Under the pieces are notes generated by a model that made no database searches, was not told where the DNA came from, and saw only the letters and a list, made by a program, of their open reading frames with translations. Made by a program: the position numbers and the translations under genes. Of a stretch of 64,000 nt of DNA, positions 27,090 to 36,189 are shown piece by piece. The number at the start of each line of letters is the position of its first letter. Within the stretch, counting starts at the first letter, position 1. Source of the DNA: Bacteroidales bacterium (GTDB taxonomy: Bacteria; Bacteroidota; Bacteroidia; Bacteroidales; UBA12077); assembly GCA_021108325.1 (NCBI GenBank), contig JAIORB010000068.1, forward strand, positions 17,196-81,195. Direction: 5' to 3'.

Positions 27090-28637
27090 TTACCCTTTTG
27101 GCTTTATTTTTATTTGCTGTCCGGCTTTCAAAGATTTGCCATTTGTAATATTATTAAGTTTCATAATATCATTTTCTGTAACTCCAGAATATTTTTTAGC
27201 AATTTCCCAAAGCGTATCACCATAACGAACTTTATAATAAACGTAGTTTTTATCTGTGGCTTGTGTAACTATTTCTTCAGAACGCGTACTTGTTTTTCCT
27301 ATTCTTCGTTGTTTTTCTTCGAAGGATAATTTATTAATATCAGCATATTTCCCTGCACTTCCTTTTGGAACGTAAATATTAAGCTTTTGGCCAACACGAA
27401 TCATATTCCCACGAATATTATTCCAGTAACGAATATCTGAGGTTCTAACATGATACCATTCTGAGATAAAGCCAAGATTGTCACCTGATTTTACGGTATA
27501 AATAAGTTTATCACGATTGGTTGGTGCTTGTGGAACATAATAAGATCGTTGAGGATTTTTTATAGTGTTATCAGCATTGAAGAAAATAGAATCTTTATAG
27601 GCAAAAATGGAATTTTGCTGATCAATAAATTTTCCTACATAATCCATTGGGATAGTTAAAGGGTAATGACCTCCTTTAGCAGGAATAATATCTTGTTTAT
27701 ACTGGGGATTTAAATCGCGCAAAGCTTTTAAGGGAATATCTAAAACTTCAGAAACCTGTTTTAAATGTAGGTTATCCGAAATCATTATAGTATCTGTTGC
27801 AATGGGTATTTTCGGGAATCGAGGTGTAATGCCATGTTCTTTGTAGTAATTAAATGTATAAGTAGCTGCAATATAGGCAGGAACATATCCTCGCGTTTCT
27901 CTGGGTAGGCGATAATATATTTGCCAGAAATCGCGCTTGCCTCCAGAACGTCTTATGGCTTTATTTACATTTCCGGGTCCACAATTATATGCTGCAATCA
28001 CTAAAGTCCAGTCGTTAAACATTGAATATAAATCTTTCATAAATAAAGCTGCTGCATGAGCTGATTTTATCGGATCACGACGTTCGTCAACAAAGGAATT
28101 TACAGTTAAATCATACATGCGTGCTGTACCATACATGAATTGCCACATGCCTGTTGCCCCTACTCTTGAAACTGCACGGGGATTTAATGCAGATTCTATA
28201 ATGGCGAGATATTTTAACTCTGTTGGTATGCCATAACTTTCAAAAATTTCTTCAATTTTAGGAAAATAGTAGTCTGCCATTCCTATCATAGTTCCTACAC
28301 TTTCCCTTCTTTGTTTTGTGTAAACATGAATGTAATTACGAACTATTTTATTGTATGATAAATCAATTATTGAAGGGATATTTTGAAGTCTTTCAATATA
28401 AACCGAATCGTGAAATTCCGGAATTGCAAATACGGAATCATTTTCGAAGGAGTTATAATCTGTTTTTATGGCATTCTTCACATACCATAAATTAATTAAA
28501 CTATCAAGATTTGTTTCAAAATCAGAGTCTATCGCATGGTTAAATGATAAGGAGTCCTTATCATTAATTAATGAATTGGCCTGACTTAATATAAATTGAG
28601 AAAATAATATTAAAGTTAAAAATAATTTTTTGTACAT
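27090..28637 (-). CDS. mltD: lytic murein transglycosylase with LysM repeats (MltD-like)
   Basis: Signal peptide, SLT catalytic block ESALNPRAVSRVGATGMWQFM, and two C-terminal LysM domains (YTVKSGDNLGFIS, YKVRYGDTLWEIAKKY). Confidence 0.85.
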   Translation of the reverse strand: MYKKLFLTLILFSQFILSQANSLINDKDSLSFNHAIDSDFETNLDSLINLWYVKNAIKTDYNSFENDSVFAIPEFHDSVYIERLQNIPSIIDLSYNKIVRNYIHVYTKQRRESVGTMIGMADYYFPKIEEIFESYGIPTELKYLAIIESALNPRAVSRVGATGMWQFMYGTARMYDLTVNSFVDERRDPIKSAHAAALFMKDLYSMFNDWTLVIAAYNCGPGNVNKAIRRSGGKRDFWQIYYRLPRETRGYVPAYIAATYTFNYYKEHGITPRFPKIPIATDTIMISDNLHLKQVSEVLDIPLKALRDLNPQYKQDIIPAKGGHYPLTIPMDYVGKFIDQQNSIFAYKDSIFFNADNTIKNPQRSYYVPQAPTNRDKLIYTVKSGDNLGFISEWYHVRTSDIRYWNNIRGNMIRVGQKLNIYVPKGSAGKYADINKLSFEEKQRRIGKTSTRSEEIVTQATDKNYVYYKVRYGDTLWEIAKKYSGVTENDIMKLNNITNGKSLKAGQQIKIKPKG

Positions 28638-28763
28638 ATTGATTTATTTTATGAGTCAAAGGTAGTTAAAAGCCCGAAATAACTACAATTATGTTAGAAA
28701 AGGAAATGATATTTGTTATAAATTGTTAAATAAAATCGATCGAATAAAATAATAAATAAATGT

Positions 28764-29336
28764 TTAAAAGTTAAACTGTAATGAAAGGCCATAAGTATTT
28801 TGGTAATCGATTGATTTTTTTAGTGTAGGTTGGACATTAAGGGAAAGATCATCGGTTATTTCATAATCGAACAAATGTGCATCAACCGTAGCATCAACCA
28901 CATTAAGCAGGTAAACTGCAGCTAATGATATTACATTAAGATTGCGATCGCGCTTGTAACCGTCTTTTGCTCTTATTAATACAGATTTATCCGTAATTCC
29001 TTCAAATTCTGTTATTTTGCCGGCATGCATATCAGCATAAGCATTTTTATATTTATTATACTGATCGTTATTAAAATTGAAAGCATAAATTAAAATACCT
29101 GTTGCTCCATAAATTACAGGAAGTTTCCAGTATTTTTTATTATAAACCTGACCTAGTCCAGGAACAAGAGCAGAATACATGGTGGCTTTATGAGGAGAAT
29201 GAATTTCAGAAATATCTTCTTGCTGTTGATTATAATTATCGGAAGAGGATACAGTTTGTCCTTTCCCGATAGAAACAGTACTAATAAGTAGTATTGTGAG
29301 TAAAAGGATTTTTAGATTTTTTCCCAGCAAAATCAT
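28764..29336 (-). CDS. DUF5683-like protein
   Basis: ALVPGLGQVYNKKYWKLPVIY block. Its position between parB and mltD is an arrangement I recall as conserved in Bacteroidota. Confidence 0.65.
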   Translation of the reverse strand: MILLGKNLKILLLTILLISTVSIGKGQTVSSSDNYNQQQEDISEIHSPHKATMYSALVPGLGQVYNKKYWKLPVIYGATGILIYAFNFNNDQYNKYKNAYADMHAGKITEFEGITDKSVLIRAKDGYKRDRNLNVISLAAVYLLNVVDATVDAHLFDYEITDDLSLNVQPTLKKSIDYQNTYGLSLQFNF

Positions 29337-29365
29337 TTATTTTTTAATTTGTTACCGGGGCAAAA

Positions 29366-30232
29366 TTATTTCATTTTATCAATAATCCCCATTATTCTTT
29401 CTAAATCTTCATCAGATTTGAAAGGAATAACGATTTTTCCGCTTCCCTTATTGTTTCGTTTAAAATCAATAGTTGCATTGAAGTGTTCTGCCAAATGCTT
29501 TTTTAGTTGTTCGTATTCTTCCGGTAATCGAACTTTTTCTTTTGTTCCATTTACTTTTGGCGTATTAACATCACGAATTATATCTTCTGTTTTACGAACC
29601 GATAATCCTTCATCAATAACTTTGTAATAGATATTAAGCTGGGTCTTTTCATTATCAATATTCACTAATGCCCTGGCATGTCCCATCGTAATTTGTTTGT
29701 CGCGAATACCAAGCTGTATTTCGGCAGGTAATTTTAATAATCGAAGGTAATTTGAAATAGTTGAACGCTTTTTACCGGCTCGTTCACTCATACTTTCCTG
29801 GGTAAGTTTGCACTCTTCGATTAAACGCTGAAAGCTAATTGCAATTTCAATAGCATCTAAGTCTTCACGCTGAATATTTTCAACCAATGCCATCTCAAGC
29901 ATTCCCTGGTCATCGGCAAAACGTATAAATGCCGGAATCTTTTTTAATCCTGCCATTTGAGCAGCACGTAACCTTCTTTCTCCTGAAATCAACTGAAATT
30001 TATGGTCATCAAGATTTCTAATAGTTATTGGTTGAATAATTCCTAGTTCTTTAATAGATCTTGCTAATTCTTCAAGTGATTCTTCATTAAAAACTGAACG
30101 TGGCTGAAAAGGGTTTGCTTCAATTCTGTCAATATCAATTTCGTTAACGGCATCTGCTGTTATGATATGTTTATAACCCGTGTCATCAATTAATGCCCCT
30201 AATCCTCGTCCTAATGCATTTCGTTTTGCCAT
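29366..30232 (-). CDS. parB: chromosome partitioning protein ParB/Spo0J
   Basis: ParB box GIIQPITIR, GERRLRAA, and an HTH region. Confidence 0.95.
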   Translation of the reverse strand: MAKRNALGRGLGALIDDTGYKHIITADAVNEIDIDRIEANPFQPRSVFNEESLEELARSIKELGIIQPITIRNLDDHKFQLISGERRLRAAQMAGLKKIPAFIRFADDQGMLEMALVENIQREDLDAIEIAISFQRLIEECKLTQESMSERAGKKRSTISNYLRLLKLPAEIQLGIRDKQITMGHARALVNIDNEKTQLNIYYKVIDEGLSVRKTEDIIRDVNTPKVNGTKEKVRLPEEYEQLKKHLAEHFNATIDFKRNNKGSGKIVIPFKSDEDLERIMGIIDKMK

Positions 30233-30256
30233 TTCTCGTAAATTATAAGTCGTTAT

Positions 30257-31057
30257 TTATTCTACTACTTTTTCTGCGTTTGCAATTTTAGTTTCATCAT
30301 TTTTCTGCAAGAGTTCCCGTGCAAGATTTAAATAATTAACCGATCCTTTTGAAGCTGCATCATATAATACAACCGGCTTACCATAACTTGGAGCTTCGCT
30401 TAATTTAATATTTCTTTGAATGATAGTTTCGAAAACCATATCCTGGAAATGTTTTTTAACTTCATCAACAACCTGATTCGATAATCTTAGTCGTGGATCG
30501 TACATTGTTAAAAGGAAACCTTCAATTTCAAGTTCTTTATTTAAACGAGACTGAATAATTTTAATTGTATTTAATAATTTCCCCAATCCTTCAAGAGCAA
30601 AATATTCGCACTGCACTGGAATAATTATTGAATCAGCTGCGGTTAAAGAATTAACAGTTATTAATCCAAGTGATGGAGCGCAGTCAATTAAAACATAATC
30701 ATAATTATCTTTTACTTTTTCGATTACGTGTTTTAATATATATTCCCTGTTAGGTTGATTTAGCATTTCAATTTCAGCACCTACCAAATCAATGTGAGAA
30801 GGAATTAAATCTAAACCTTCAATAGCACTATTTAAGATTATGTTTTTAGGATCCTGACCATCAACAAGACATTCGTAAATACTCGTCTTAATAGCTCTTA
30901 TATCAAAGCCCGTTCCTGATGTAGCATTTGCCTGTGGATCAGCATCAACAATTAAAACTTTCTTTTCAAGAATAGCTAAACTTGCTGCTAAATTAATTGC
31001 GGAGGTAGTTTTTCCTACACCACCTTTTTGATTTGCTAATGCAATTACTTTTGCCAT
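30257..31057 (-). CDS. parA: chromosome partitioning ATPase ParA/Soj
   Basis: Deviant Walker A KGGVGKTT. It lies immediately upstream of parB. Confidence 0.95.
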   Translation of the reverse strand: MAKVIALANQKGGVGKTTSAINLAASLAILEKKVLIVDADPQANATSGTGFDIRAIKTSIYECLVDGQDPKNIILNSAIEGLDLIPSHIDLVGAEIEMLNQPNREYILKHVIEKVKDNYDYVLIDCAPSLGLITVNSLTAADSIIIPVQCEYFALEGLGKLLNTIKIIQSRLNKELEIEGFLLTMYDPRLRLSNQVVDEVKKHFQDMVFETIIQRNIKLSEAPSYGKPVVLYDAASKGSVNYLNLARELLQKNDETKIANAEKVVE

Positions 31058-31188
31058 AGAGATATATTTTTAGGAATAAACCTGTTGTTATAGTATTCGT
31101 TACAAAAATAGGAATTCAAAAGTACAATTTTATCGCGTTTTTCTATTTCACTAAGATAAGAATTGTAAACATTTTTTTTAGAGTTATG

Positions 31189-31210
31189 AACAAATTGTTA
31201 ACAAATTGTT
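31189..31210. repeat. perfect tandem duplication of the palindromic 11-mer AACAAATTGTT
   Basis: aacaaattgtt aacaaattgtt. Each unit is AACAA-A-TTGTT and the junction TTGTTAACAA is also palindromic. It lies 132-153 bp upstream of the parA ATG. Confidence 0.8.
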
Positions 31211-31331
31211 TTGTGATTTTAATCAAATAATTGACCCTTAAAGTGAAATGATTTTAAAATCAAATATCATTTTCCAAATACCATTTTCAATAAAATGAAT
31301 ATCTGTATAAATTTTGGTGTTTATAAATTGA

Positions 31332-32327
31332 TTATGAATATTTTTCAATTGTTTCTTGAAATAATTGCTCTTTATTAATGGGCACAACACCTACTTTTTC
31401 ACAAACTAATCCTCCTGCCAAATTTGATATTCCGGCAATTAATTCAGGTTCTAAGCCGGCAGCCAGACATAAACTTGCTGTTCCTATTAAGGTGTCGCCA
31501 GCACCTGAAACATCAGCTATATCACGAATTTCTGCAGGTATAGTCTGGTACGAACTATTGTAGCTTATAAAAACTCCAAGTTCGGAAAGTGTGATTAAAA
31601 GATATTTAGCAGATAGTTCTGAGTGTAATTTTTGTGATGCGGTAAATATTCCATCAAAATCACCTTTCTTAATATCAATCTTTGATCCATCAACTAATTC
31701 ATTAAAATTAGGTTTGAAAAGCGTTACGTTTTTATATTCCATGAAATTACGCTTCTTGGGATCTACAAGAGTTGGAATATTATTTTTGTTAGCAAATTCA
31801 ACTACACTTTTAATTACTACAGGTGTTATACATCCTTTATCGTAATCCTCAAAAATGATTGCATTAATATGTTTGTCAGAAAGTATAGTTAGAATTTTAT
31901 TTATGAATTTTTCTTCTGTTTCTGTATCAAGCTCTTTATCAACCTCTTCATCAACTCTTAACATATGTTGATTGTCTGCAATTATTCTGGTCTTTACAGT
32001 AGTTTTACGATTCTCATCTTCTAATATTCCCTCGTTTGTTAATTTTCTCTTTTTTAAAAGGCTTTGAAACGTTTTTGATTTTGAATCAGTTCCAATTACT
32101 GCACAAAGAATCGGGTTTGCTCCCAGAGCCTGAACGTTTAATGCAACATTAGCAGCACCTCCCAAACGATTTTCTTGTTTAGCACTCATAATGATTGGTA
32201 CAGGAGCTTCAGGCGAAATGCGATTTACCTTTCCCCACATGTACGAATCGATCATTACATCACCAATGATTAAAATATTGAATTGATTAAAAGAATCGAA
32301 TATGGATTTGATATCTGGATTTTTCAC
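31332..32327 (-). CDS. D-glycero-beta-D-manno-heptose-7-phosphate kinase (RfaE domain I, PfkB family)
   Basis: PfkB signatures GGAANVA and DVSGAGDT. Length is 331 aa with no adenylyltransferase domain. Confidence 0.75.
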   Translation of the reverse strand: MKNPDIKSIFDSFNQFNILIIGDVMIDSYMWGKVNRISPEAPVPIIMSAKQENRLGGAANVALNVQALGANPILCAVIGTDSKSKTFQSLLKKRKLTNEGILEDENRKTTVKTRIIADNQHMLRVDEEVDKELDTETEEKFINKILTILSDKHINAIIFEDYDKGCITPVVIKSVVEFANKNNIPTLVDPKKRNFMEYKNVTLFKPNFNELVDGSKIDIKKGDFDGIFTASQKLHSELSAKYLLITLSELGVFISYNSSYQTIPAEIRDIADVSGAGDTLIGTASLCLAAGLEPELIAGISNLAGGLVCEKVGVVPINKEQLFQETIEKYS

Positions 32328-32491
32328 GATTGTCTTTTTTTGAAAATTATGTACAAAGATAAGAAAACGACTGTAAGTCGTTTAAATTTCAATTAACAAA
32401 TTACAAAAAACAAATAAATTCCAATCACAAAATTCAAATGTTCAAGAATTGGTTTTTGCATAATTGGGATTTGATTATTAATTGATATTTG

Positions 32492-32509
32492 TCCCGAAAG
32501 TTTTCGGGA
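32492..32509 (-). terminator. hairpin directly after the NTF2-like gene stop
   Basis: tcccgaa-agtt-ttcggga stem-loop 3 nt from the stop codon. The U-tract is weak. Confidence 0.4.
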
Positions 32510-32511
32510 TG

Positions 32512-33000
32512 TTATTTGGAGTTTTCATTACCCAATCCTGGATTTCCTGTATCTAAAACAAAACGCCATTCACCCTTTGCATTCTTTTCCCAAATGGAAC
32601 AATAGGTTCCTTGTTGTATTTGACCTTTTTGTTCTCCCTGCCCGTCCGGCAGGCGGGCTTTTGTAATTTCCAGTAAATATATTCCAAAAGTATATCCTAA
32701 ATCACCTGATTCAGAAACTCGCGCAAAACTTGGTTTCCATGTTAATCGGTAATTAGAATCAGATAATTCTGAATACAATTGCTTCATAGCTTGTTTACCA
32801 ACAATTGGATACGAACTGGGTTTTAATAAAACAACATCAGGTGACGCAAATTCCAAAAATGCCTGATGATTACCAACTTCAATAGATCGGTTAGAAAAAT
32901 CAATGTCAGTTTGCAATAGCATTTCTTTTTCTTCTTCCATGTTGATTTTTGGATTACAACTTATGATTATTATGAATATTATTGGAAATAGTTTTTTCAT
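32512..33000 (-). CDS. NTF2/SnoaL-like (DUF4440-type) lipoprotein
   Basis: Lipoprotein signal (IIISC) and a size and pattern (WEKNAKGEWRFVLD) typical of NTF2-like folds. This is a weak family call. Confidence 0.5.
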   Translation of the reverse strand: MKKLFPIIFIIIISCNPKINMEEEKEMLLQTDIDFSNRSIEVGNHQAFLEFASPDVVLLKPSSYPIVGKQAMKQLYSELSDSNYRLTWKPSFARVSESGDLGYTFGIYLLEITKARLPDGQGEQKGQIQQGTYCSIWEKNAKGEWRFVLDTGNPGLGNENSK

Positions 33001-33052
33001 TTTCTTTTCATTTTAAAATGCAGATAAATATATGGAATATTTTTGAGAAGGA

Positions 33053-33466
33053 TTACTTAATTACATTATTGTCAATAGCTGCTTTAATCGCAGCTTTAGC
33101 AAAGTTGCAGGTTCGTGTTGCACCCGATATAGCATTAACTTCAAGTTGCCCGGTATTTCTAATTTGATTTTCTATGTCACTTTTATATGCATTTCCCGGG
33201 AAGCGGGTCATTCTTATAAAATTAATATTCTTAATGAAACCATTCTCAATTTCAAACTCAACTTTCGACATGGTTATTATTTTAAAGGCTTTAAATTTTC
33301 CTTTATAGATTCCATCAGGAAGTCTTGATGTTACTGGTTCAAAGCGTTCAATATACTGATTTGCATCATCGTTTGCTTTTTTTACAAAACTGGTAATAGC
33401 AAGCGGTGTAATTAAAAATGATGCTAAAAAAACGAGTATATATGAAATCAGATTTTTGAATTTCAT
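33053..33466 (-). CDS. FMN-binding-domain protein, membrane anchored
   Basis: N-terminal TM helix and C-terminal FMN_bind motif VNAISGATRT. Confidence 0.6.
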   Translation of the reverse strand: MKFKNLISYILVFLASFLITPLAITSFVKKANDDANQYIERFEPVTSRLPDGIYKGKFKAFKIITMSKVEFEIENGFIKNINFIRMTRFPGNAYKSDIENQIRNTGQLEVNAISGATRTCNFAKAAIKAAIDNNVIK

Positions 33467-33483
33467 GCTTAAATAATGTTTAA

Positions 33484-33549
33484 TAGTTTATTGGGAAGCC
33501 TGACTGCCTTGCCTCGCCGGCAGGCAGGCGTCAGGCAAGTTAGTTTATT
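33484..33549. mobile_element. 48-bp GC-rich palindromic insertion flanked by a 9-bp direct duplication (tagtttatt)
   Basis: tagtttatt | gggaagcctgactgccttgcctcgccggcaggcaggcgtcaggcaagt | tagtttatt. The core is nearly self-complementary (gcctgac...gtcaggc). Confidence 0.6.
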
Positions 33550-33600
33550 TGTTAAATTGATTTATAAATACTTCATTATGTTATTGTCAACTGTTTTCGA

Positions 33601-33677
33601 ATCTTATTTCCTGAATCTCACATCTTGTATCCTCTATCTTATATCTAGTATCTCAAGTCTCAGTACTCAGTACTAAA
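33601..33677 (-). repeat. 11-unit degenerate heptad array (minus strand: NAG-N4 repeated)
   Basis: In register from 33601, column 3 is C in 11/11 units and column 4 is T in 9/11. The array starts right after the priA stop codon (33678-33680). Confidence 0.85.
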
Positions 33678-36155
33678 TTAAACCGGATCTACATTTACAG
33701 AAACATGTATAGTTTTAAAATTAGCCTGAGTAATCAGGTTTGTAATTTGCTCATCCAGTAATTGTTTTGCTTTTTGAAATGATCGTTCGCGTTCGACTTT
33801 CAAAATAATATTTTGAATATAATAATTTTGAATCCTGGCAATAATAGGTGGTTCAGGACCTAGGATTCGTTTTCCAAAAACTTTTCGTAAGCTAATACCT
33901 AATTGACGTGAAGCTTTATTGACAATTTCTGGTTTTTTATGGCGTATACTAATATTTATTAATCTGTAAAAAGGTGGATAATTAAAGTTTTTACGTTCAT
34001 AAAGTTGAGATTTATACATTTCTTCGAACTTATTGTCCAAAACGAATTGTAAAATCGGATGAGAAGGATTACTGGTTTGGATAATTACTTTTCCTTGTTT
34101 GTTCTTTCGTCCGGCACGTCCGCTTACCTGGGCCATTAATTGGTAACTTCGTTCAAAAGCTCTAAAATCAGGATAGTTTAACATGTTGTCGGCATTCAGT
34201 ATTCCTACCAGGCTAACATTGTCGAAATCCAAACCTTTCGAAACCATTTGAGTACCAATTAAAATATTGATTTTGCCATCTTCAAAACCCGAAATAATAT
34301 TATGATAAGCATTTTTCGATCTTGTTGAATCTAAATCCATTCGGGCAACTTTAGCTTCGGGAAAGAAAATTTTAATATCGTCTTCGATTTTTTCTGTTCC
34401 AAAACCTCGAGTTTGTATAGCAGTATTTCCGCAGGCTTTGCAAGTTTTTGGCATGCGAATAGAATATCCACAATAATGACAAATCAATTCGTTCTGATAG
34501 CGATGATATGTAAGGCTTACATCGCAATTGTTGCAATGTGGAATCCATCCACACATATCGCACTCAAGGTAAGGAGCAAACCCACGGCGATTTTGGAAAA
34601 GGATTATTTGCTCATTCATAGCAAGTGATTCTTTTATACTATCTAAAAGAGCAGGACTGAAATGCGATTTCATTTCCTTTCTTTTCTTAGCCCTTAGAGT
34701 ATCTACTAATTGTATTTCCGGAAGACGGATATTTTGATATCGGGTAGTTAATTGTACCAATCCATATTTGTCGGCTTTGGCATTAAAATAACTTTCGATA
34801 GATGGTGTTGCTGTGCCAAGTAATACTTTTGCATTGTGCATTTTAGCTAAAACAACAGAACAATCACGGGCATTGTAGCGTGGTGCAGGATCGTGCTGTT
34901 TGTAAGTATTTTCATGTTCCTCATCTACTATAATTAACCCTAGTTTTGAAAAAGGTAAAAAAAGCGATGATCGCACGCCAAGTATAATATCATATTTTAA
35001 AGTATCGCTTGGCTCCAAAATGTTTTTATAAACTTCAACTCTTTCGGAATCGCTAAATTTTGAATGGTAAATTCCAACACGATTTCCAAAAACTAATTTT
35101 AAGCGGTTTATAATTTGAGCTGTTAAAGCTATTTCAGGTAATAAATATAAAACCTGTTTACCTTTTTCTATTTGTTCTTTTATAAGATGAATATAGATTT
35201 CGGTTTTCCCGCTTGATGTAACACCATGTAATAAAACAACATTTTTTTCTGTGAACTGTTCCTGGATTGAATCATGTGCTGTTTGTTGTGCTTCCGATAG
35301 TTCTTTAATTTCAGTTTGCTCAGTTAATGATTCATTTAAGCGACTTACTGTTTTATCATATTCAGCAAGTATATTTTTATCGATAAGTGATTTAACAATT
35401 GCCGAACTTGATTTAGAATCATCGACCAATTGTTGTTTTTTGACTTCAACGGTTTTTTTATTGATAAAACTTCCTGAAAGTTTCAGGTAGCTCATTAAAA
35501 CATGAAGTTGTTTGTGAGCACGATTCAGCGAATCGAAAATTTTATTTAATTGCGATTTTCTTGTAATAGAATCGTTCAGTTTTATATAAGTTTCAGTTTT
35601 GGGCTTGTAATTTTCTCTTAGTTTTTCTTCAAGGATTACAGCTTTTTTATCTAATAAAGATTTTATAACAGGTAAAGAATCTTTTTTATTTAAAGCATTC
35701 GAAATTTCGTTAATGCTTGCAATGTTTTTATTAGCTAAAAAATCAAGAACAAGAGTCTCTGTGGGGGTAAACTTTTTTTGCTCAATTAATGCAGGATTAT
35801 AAATTACTTTTGTTTCACTTTCCAGTTTTAATCCTGATGGTAAAGCTGCTTTAAAAACTTCACCTACAGAACACATGTAATAATCGGCAATCCACTGCCA
35901 CAGTTTGAATTGTTGTTCGTTTACTATTGGTTTATCATCTAATACAGAAATGATATCTTTGGTTTGATATTCTTTTGGGGCTTTTTGGTGAATAGAAAAA
36001 ACAACGGCAGTGTATATTTTTCGTGACCCAAACTGAACAATCACTCTTTTACCAACTTCAACATTTTCTGATAAGGATTCAGGAATACTATACGTAAATA
36101 ATTGCTTTAGCGGTAAGGGGAGTATTACATCTGTAAAGGATTGCTTATTGCTCAT
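33678..36155 (-). CDS. priA: primosomal protein N' (replication restart helicase)
   Basis: Walker A GVTSSGKTE, DEEH box, and a Cys-rich zinc region CDMCGWIPHCNNCDVSLTYH...CHYCGY...CKACG. Confidence 0.95.
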   Translation of the reverse strand: MSNKQSFTDVILPLPLKQLFTYSIPESLSENVEVGKRVIVQFGSRKIYTAVVFSIHQKAPKEYQTKDIISVLDDKPIVNEQQFKLWQWIADYYMCSVGEVFKAALPSGLKLESETKVIYNPALIEQKKFTPTETLVLDFLANKNIASINEISNALNKKDSLPVIKSLLDKKAVILEEKLRENYKPKTETYIKLNDSITRKSQLNKIFDSLNRAHKQLHVLMSYLKLSGSFINKKTVEVKKQQLVDDSKSSSAIVKSLIDKNILAEYDKTVSRLNESLTEQTEIKELSEAQQTAHDSIQEQFTEKNVVLLHGVTSSGKTEIYIHLIKEQIEKGKQVLYLLPEIALTAQIINRLKLVFGNRVGIYHSKFSDSERVEVYKNILEPSDTLKYDIILGVRSSLFLPFSKLGLIIVDEEHENTYKQHDPAPRYNARDCSVVLAKMHNAKVLLGTATPSIESYFNAKADKYGLVQLTTRYQNIRLPEIQLVDTLRAKKRKEMKSHFSPALLDSIKESLAMNEQIILFQNRRGFAPYLECDMCGWIPHCNNCDVSLTYHRYQNELICHYCGYSIRMPKTCKACGNTAIQTRGFGTEKIEDDIKIFFPEAKVARMDLDSTRSKNAYHNIISGFEDGKINILIGTQMVSKGLDFDNVSLVGILNADNMLNYPDFRAFERSYQLMAQVSGRAGRKNKQGKVIIQTSNPSHPILQFVLDNKFEEMYKSQLYERKNFNYPPFYRLINISIRHKKPEIVNKASRQLGISLRKVFGKRILGPEPPIIARIQNYYIQNIILKVERERSFQKAKQLLDEQITNLITQANFKTIHVSVNVDPV

Positions 36156-36189
36156 TTAGGTTCAGGATTTACCAAAAAACAAATCTAAT

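Noticed and set aside
33190-33215. The stretch tttcccgggaagcgggtcattc inside the FMN-binding gene as a fragment of the TGTCATTCC element.
   Set aside because: It shares only short pieces (gtcattc, cccgg) in a different order, and it lies in frame in a conserved-looking coding region. The similarity is not convincing.
33476-33676. 66-aa ORF (MFNSLLGSLTALPRRQAGV...). The 67-aa ORF 18936..19139 is a similar case.
   Set aside because: Both are read-through translations of the GC-rich palindrome plus heptad array and of the four-arm repeat. Their 'protein' sequence only reflects the repeats.
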